From NCBI GenBank assembly GCA_003136555.1, contig PLEW01000036.1:6640-70639 (forward strand): a stretch of DNA of 64,000 bases, given 5' to 3'. Position numbers and translations under genes: made by a program. This DNA is from Planctomycetota bacterium. GTDB taxonomy: Bacteria; Planctomycetota; UBA11346. The first letter of the stretch is position 1; every line of letters starts with the position of its first letter. Below are positions 60,236 to 64,000 of the stretch, in pieces. The notes below the pieces were generated by a model, which was given only the letters and a program-made list of their open reading frames with translations, had not been told where the DNA came from and did no database searches.

Positions 60236-61300
60236 ATGCCCCCGCCGCTGATCATCCGCTTTGGCGCCCTCGGGGACATGGTGCTCACCACCCCGGCGCT
60301 GCGCGCCCTGGCGGCGCGCCACGGCCAGCCCTGCGACATCGCCTGCATCGGTGGCTGGGCGCGAGCGCTCTTCCAGGGCCTGCCCTACGTCGGAGCGGTG
60401 CACACCATCGCCAGCCGGGGGGCGCCCTACCTCATCAGCCCCGACCAATGGCGGCTGGTCGCCGCACTGCGCACCTATCGCGGCGGATCCGCCTACCTCA
60501 TGGACGGCGACCGCAAGAGCGACTGGTTCGCGACCCATGCCGGACTGACGCTGTCCGGCTCGATGCGCACCATGCAGCAGCGGATGAACCATCACCAGAT
60601 CGAGGGCCAGGCGCGGGTCTGCGGCTTCGCCGATGCCGGCGGCGCCTATACCGACGGCTTCATCCCGGTCCCGGAGCTCATGGTCAGCGCCGGCGAGCAG
60701 GCCGAGTGCCAGGCTTGGCTGGCGCGCCGCATCCCTTCTGGCAGCACGGTGGTGCTCATGCATCCGGGCAACAAGAAGACCATGAGCTGGCGCAAGCGCT
60801 CGGGCAACCTCAAGGAGTGGCCGCACGGGCACTGGGTGGCGGTCGCACAGGCCGTGCTCAGCGCCCTGCCGCAGGCGCGCGTGCTGCTGACCGGCACCGC
60901 CAGCGAAGCGCGCATGACCATCCCCATCGCCGCCGCCTGCGCCGATGAGCGGGTGCTCTCCGTCGCCGGCGAGACGCCGCTGCGCCGGCTGTTCGCCCTG
61001 CTGCGCAGCGCGCACAGCCTGATCAGCGTCGACACCGGTCCGGCGCATGCCGCCGCCGCGCTCGGCTGCCCGCTGGTGGTGCTCTTCGGCCAGACCGACC
61101 CGCGCGCCAACCGCCCGGTGAGCGCGCATGCCCCGGTGCAGGTGGTGACCGGTCCCCCCGGCGCCCCGGTGCTGGATGGCGAGGGCGGCTGGCGCGCCCA
61201 TCACCAGATGAGCGCCATCCTCCCGCAAGCGGTGATCGCCGCCTGGCGCTCCCTGGGCGCAGCCGATGGCGCCCAGCTCAGCGCGTCATCCGCTCGATGA
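60236..61300 (+). CDS. glycosyltransferase family 9 (LPS heptosyltransferase, WaaC/WaaF-like)
   Basis: GT9 N-terminal IRFGALGDMVLTTPALRALA. C-terminal ...SVDTGPAHAAAALGCPLVVLFG. Confidence 0.85.
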   Translation: MPPPLIIRFGALGDMVLTTPALRALAARHGQPCDIACIGGWARALFQGLPYVGAVHTIASRGAPYLISPDQWRLVAALRTYRGGSAYLMDGDRKSDWFATHAGLTLSGSMRTMQQRMNHHQIEGQARVCGFADAGGAYTDGFIPVPELMVSAGEQAECQAWLARRIPSGSTVVLMHPGNKKTMSWRKRSGNLKEWPHGHWVAVAQAVLSALPQARVLLTGTASEARMTIPIAAACADERVLSVAGETPLRRLFALLRSAHSLISVDTGPAHAAAALGCPLVVLFGQTDPRANRPVSAHAPVQVVTGPPGAPVLDGEGGWRAHHQMSAILPQAVIAAWRSLGAADGAQLSASSAR

Positions 61301-62753
61301 TCTTGGTGGTGCTGCGGCTGTCGAGCAGCGGTGCGAGCACCACCCGGCCGCCCCAGGAGCGCACCTCGGCCGCTCCGACCACCTGATCCTCGCGGTAATC
61401 GGCGCCCTTGACCAGCACGTCCGGCCTGAGGGCGTTGATCAGCGCCAGGGGCGTCTGCTCGGCGAAGATCACCACCGCATCCACCGCCGCCAGGGCCGCC
61501 AGCACGGTGGCGCGATCGCCCTCCGGATTGAGCGGCCGGCTCGGCCCCTTGAGCGCGCGCACCGAGGAGTCGGCGTTAACGCCCACCACCAGGCGGTCGC
61601 CGGCCTGGCGCGCGTAGGCCAGCAGCCCGACATGCCCGGCGTGGACGAGGTCGAAGCAGCCGTTGGTGAACACCACCCGCTCACCCTGCGCACGCCAGCG
61701 CGCGCACAGCGCCTGCACCTCCGCGAGCGCGAGCACTTTGCTGCCGAGGCGCGCGCCCACGTCGCTGTCCAGGCTGGCGAGCAGCTCGTCGAGATGCACG
61801 CTCACCGTGCCGACCTTGCCCACCACGATGCCGGCGGCGAGATTGGCCAGACGCACCGCGTCCAAGGGCGCGATCCCCGCCTGCGGCACAGCCAGGCAGG
61901 CCGCCAGCACCGCGATCACGGTATCGCCCGCACCCGAGACGTCGAAGACCTCGCGCGCGGTGGCGGGGATCTGGTGCACCGTCCGCTCGTCGATCAGGGC
62001 GATGCCATGCTCGCCGCGGGTGAAGGTGAGGAAGTCGAGCCCGAGGCGCTGGCGCAGCTCCTGGCCGCCACGCACCAGGGCGGCCTGATCGCTGGCCTCG
62101 ACCCCGCTGGCCTGCGCCAGCTCGCCGGTGTTGGGGGTGATGGTGGTGGCACCGGCGTATTTGCTGAAGTCGCGGCCCTTGGGATCGACCAGCACCGGGA
62201 TGCCGCGCCGGCGGGCGGCACTGATCACCGCCTGGCACAGCGCCGGCGCGCACATGCCCTTGGCGTAGTCGGAGAGCACCAGGGCGCCCAGCCCATCGAG
62301 GCGCGCCTCGACCGCGGCGATGAAGCGCTCCACGGTCGCCGACCCAAGGCCGCCCAGCTGCTCATCATCGATGCGCAGCATCTGGTGATGGCCGCCGATC
62401 ACCCGCGTCTTGACGATGGTCGAGAAGCGCTCATCGGCGAGTACCGCATCGGCCCCGATGCCGTGCGCGACCACCAGCTCGCGCAGTCGCCGGCCGGCAT
62501 CATCCGCGCCGACGACGCCCACCAGGTCGACCCGTAGGCCGAGCTCGCAGAGATTGCTGGCGACGTTGGCGGCCCCGCCCGGCGACCAGGAGCGCGAGAG
62601 CACGCGCACCACCGGCACCGGGGCCTCGGGGGAGATGCGCGTCACCTCGCCGCGCACATGGCAATCGAGCATCAGGTCGCCCAGGACCATCACCCGTGCG
62701 CCGGTGAAGCGCTGGGCGACCAGGTGGCGGATGCGGTCAGGATCGCTGAACAT
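61278..62753 (-). CDS. hldE: bifunctional D-beta-D-heptose 7-phosphate kinase / D-beta-D-heptose 1-phosphate adenylyltransferase
   Basis: N-terminal PfkB-type kinase (VMVLGDLMLD...GGAANVA). C-terminal cytidylyltransferase with HxGH motif VVFTNGCFDLVHAGHVGLL. Confidence 0.9.
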   Translation of the reverse strand: MFSDPDRIRHLVAQRFTGARVMVLGDLMLDCHVRGEVTRISPEAPVPVVRVLSRSWSPGGAANVASNLCELGLRVDLVGVVGADDAGRRLRELVVAHGIGADAVLADERFSTIVKTRVIGGHHQMLRIDDEQLGGLGSATVERFIAAVEARLDGLGALVLSDYAKGMCAPALCQAVISAARRRGIPVLVDPKGRDFSKYAGATTITPNTGELAQASGVEASDQAALVRGGQELRQRLGLDFLTFTRGEHGIALIDERTVHQIPATAREVFDVSGAGDTVIAVLAACLAVPQAGIAPLDAVRLANLAAGIVVGKVGTVSVHLDELLASLDSDVGARLGSKVLALAEVQALCARWRAQGERVVFTNGCFDLVHAGHVGLLAYARQAGDRLVVGVNADSSVRALKGPSRPLNPEGDRATVLAALAAVDAVVIFAEQTPLALINALRPDVLVKGADYREDQVVGAAEVRSWGGRVVLAPLLDSRSTTKIIERMTR

Positions 62754-63340
62754 CAGGTGCCTTGCTGGCTGCGGGCGGCGACATGGTCATCGACCAGCTC
62801 GCACACCAGGTGGCCGATGAGGATATGGGCCTCCTGCACCCGGGCGGTGACGCCCGAGGGCACCGCCAGGAGGAGGTCGCTGAGCGCGCGCAGCTGGCCG
62901 CCACCAGCACCGGTAAGGGCGACCACGGTGGCGCCCACGGCGCGCGCGGCCTCAGCCCCCTTCACCACATTGCGGCTGCTGCCCGAGGTCGAGATCGCAA
63001 CCACCACATCTCCACGACCGGCCAGGGCGCTGACCTGGCGGGCGAAGACCTGCTCGAAGCCGTAATCATTGGCCACCGCGGTCAGCAGGCTGGTATCGGT
63101 GCTGAGTGCCAGCGAGCGCAGGCCGCGGCGCTCGCGCTGGAAGCGTCCGATCAGCTCGGCGCTGAGGTGCTGGGCATCGCCGGCACTGCCGCCATTGCCC
63201 ATCCACAGCACTGTGCCGCCGCCATCGAGGCAGGTGATCAGGCGCGCGGCAAAGGAGAGGATGTCCGGCAGCAGGCCCTCCAGCTGCTGGATGACCTCCT
63301 GATGCTGGCGCAGGATGGCGAGGGCGGCCGTGGCGCTCAT
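62753..63340 (-). CDS. gmhA: D-sedoheptulose 7-phosphate isomerase (SIS domain)
   Basis: SIS phosphosugar-binding motif WMGNGGSAGDAQH and AISTSGSS. 195 aa. Confidence 0.9.
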   Translation of the reverse strand: MSATAALAILRQHQEVIQQLEGLLPDILSFAARLITCLDGGGTVLWMGNGGSAGDAQHLSAELIGRFQRERRGLRSLALSTDTSLLTAVANDYGFEQVFARQVSALAGRGDVVVAISTSGSSRNVVKGAEAARAVGATVVALTGAGGGQLRALSDLLLAVPSGVTARVQEAHILIGHLVCELVDDHVAARSQQGT

Positions 63341-63891
63341 GGCATGGTCCTTGTCGGCATGCTCGTGCCGGTCAGCTCAGTGGCAAAGGCCAGGAGATCG
63401 TCCCACACCGGGACCTCGGGGTAGTGCGCATGCGCCTCGCGTCCCTTGCCGGTCAATACCAGCGCCGGCCGGCAGCCCGCGGAGCGGCCCGCCTCGACAT
63501 CGCGCTCGGCATCGCCGACGAACCAGGTGACGGCCGGATCGAAATCCCAAGTGGCACGCGCCTGCTCGATCAGCCCCGGCTTGGGCTTGCGGCAGGCGCA
63601 GTTCGCCGACGGCGCATGGGTGCAGACGAAGAACTGGTCGATGCGTCCACCGGCGACGGCGATCCACGCCTGCAGTCGCTGGTGCATCAGCGCCAGGGTC
63701 TCCTCGCTCAGCAGCCCGCGCCCGACCACCGCCTGGTTGGTGATCACCAGCACGCGGTAGCCGGCACGGCAGAGTGCCGCCACTGCGCGATCCGCCCCCG
63801 GCTCGAGCACCAGATCCTCGAGCACGGTCACCGAAGCTGGACGGTCGACGTTCAGCACGCCATCGCGATCGAGCAGCACGACCCGGCTCAC
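63337..63891 (-). CDS. gmhB: D,D-heptose 1,7-bisphosphate phosphatase (HAD family)
   Basis: HAD motif I VVLLDRDGVLN. Cys cluster CACRKPKPG typical of GmhB. Motif III/IV GDAERD. Confidence 0.85.
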   Translation of the reverse strand: MSRVVLLDRDGVLNVDRPASVTVLEDLVLEPGADRAVAALCRAGYRVLVITNQAVVGRGLLSEETLALMHQRLQAWIAVAGGRIDQFFVCTHAPSANCACRKPKPGLIEQARATWDFDPAVTWFVGDAERDVEAGRSAGCRPALVLTGKGREAHAHYPEVPVWDDLLAFATELTGTSMPTRTMP

Positions 63892-64000
63892 CGGTACCAG
63901 CCCTCGGAGGCGTGCAGCACATCCAGGTAGGCATTGATCCCGGCCTCCAGGGTGGTGGCCGGTTGCTGGTAGCCGGTGGCGCGCAGGCGCCTGAGGTCGG
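63888..64000 (-). CDS. hldD: ADP-L-glycero-D-manno-heptose 6-epimerase, C-terminal fragment (gene continues beyond the window)
   Basis: Reverse complement ends ...LRRLRATGYQQPATTLEAGINAYLDVLHASEGWYR, resembling the HldD/RfaD C-terminus (..GY.KPF.TV.EGV.EY..WL..). Stop at 63888..63890. Confidence 0.55.
   Translation of the reverse strand, partial: DLRRLRATGYQQPATTLEAGINAYLDVLHASEGWYR

Overview
This 64-kb window is a gene-dense, very GC-rich (about 68-70%) stretch of a Gram-negative chromosome. I found no rRNA, tRNA, CRISPR array, insertion sequence or integrase. Several protein families point to a Planctomycetes/Verrucomicrobia-type organism. These are a Tat-exported DUF1501 protein paired with a giant PSCyt1/PSCyt2/PSD1 protein, DUF1080, a PmoA-like secreted protein and a solo BlaI repressor. 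An LPS heptose pathway is also present.

Gene content, left to right:
(1) A minus-strand operon encodes a secreted BSP-family HEXXH peptidase, a pair of half-size ABC exporters and a PmoA-like secreted protein. The peptidase reading frame is broken by an in-frame TAG. An aldo/keto reductase, rpiB and a mono-haem CxxCH protein follow.
(2) The DUF1501 / PSD1 pair, a DUF421 protein, a GH20 hexosaminidase with a divergent AraC regulator, a KGG stress protein and a BlaI repressor.
(3) A poorly conserved stretch holding a frameshifted ORF and a four-gene plus-strand cassette of unknown proteins that ends in a ParA/MinD-like ATPase. An esterase and a decayed, lower-GC DUF948-like gene remnant lie beside it.
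(4) The dominant feature: a roughly 22-kb, uninterrupted minus-strand block (30.3-52.1 kb) of 20 signal-transduction genes. A CheB-less chemosensory core (MCP, CheW, CheA with two Hpt domains, CheR, CheC, CheD, CheY) sits next to partner-switching components. These are two STAS proteins and a REC-PP2C-REC-RsbW-like four-domain protein. An HDOD protein, an NtrC-type sigma-54 activator and four histidine kinases, three of them hybrid, complete the block. Several gene junctions are ATGA overlaps. A sigma-54 promoter consensus with upstream direct repeats lies in front of cheR.
(5) A DUF1080 protein and an XRE regulator. An ABC-ATPase / FtsX-permease / tandem-DUF3299 / SurA-like operon follows.
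(6) A small zinc-ribbon protein, an HTH/AT-hook protein, a GT9 heptosyltransferase and the hldE-gmhA-gmhB-hldD heptose operon.

Gene-start coordinates were chosen by hand. Many antisense ORFs in the track are GC-driven artefacts and were ignored.
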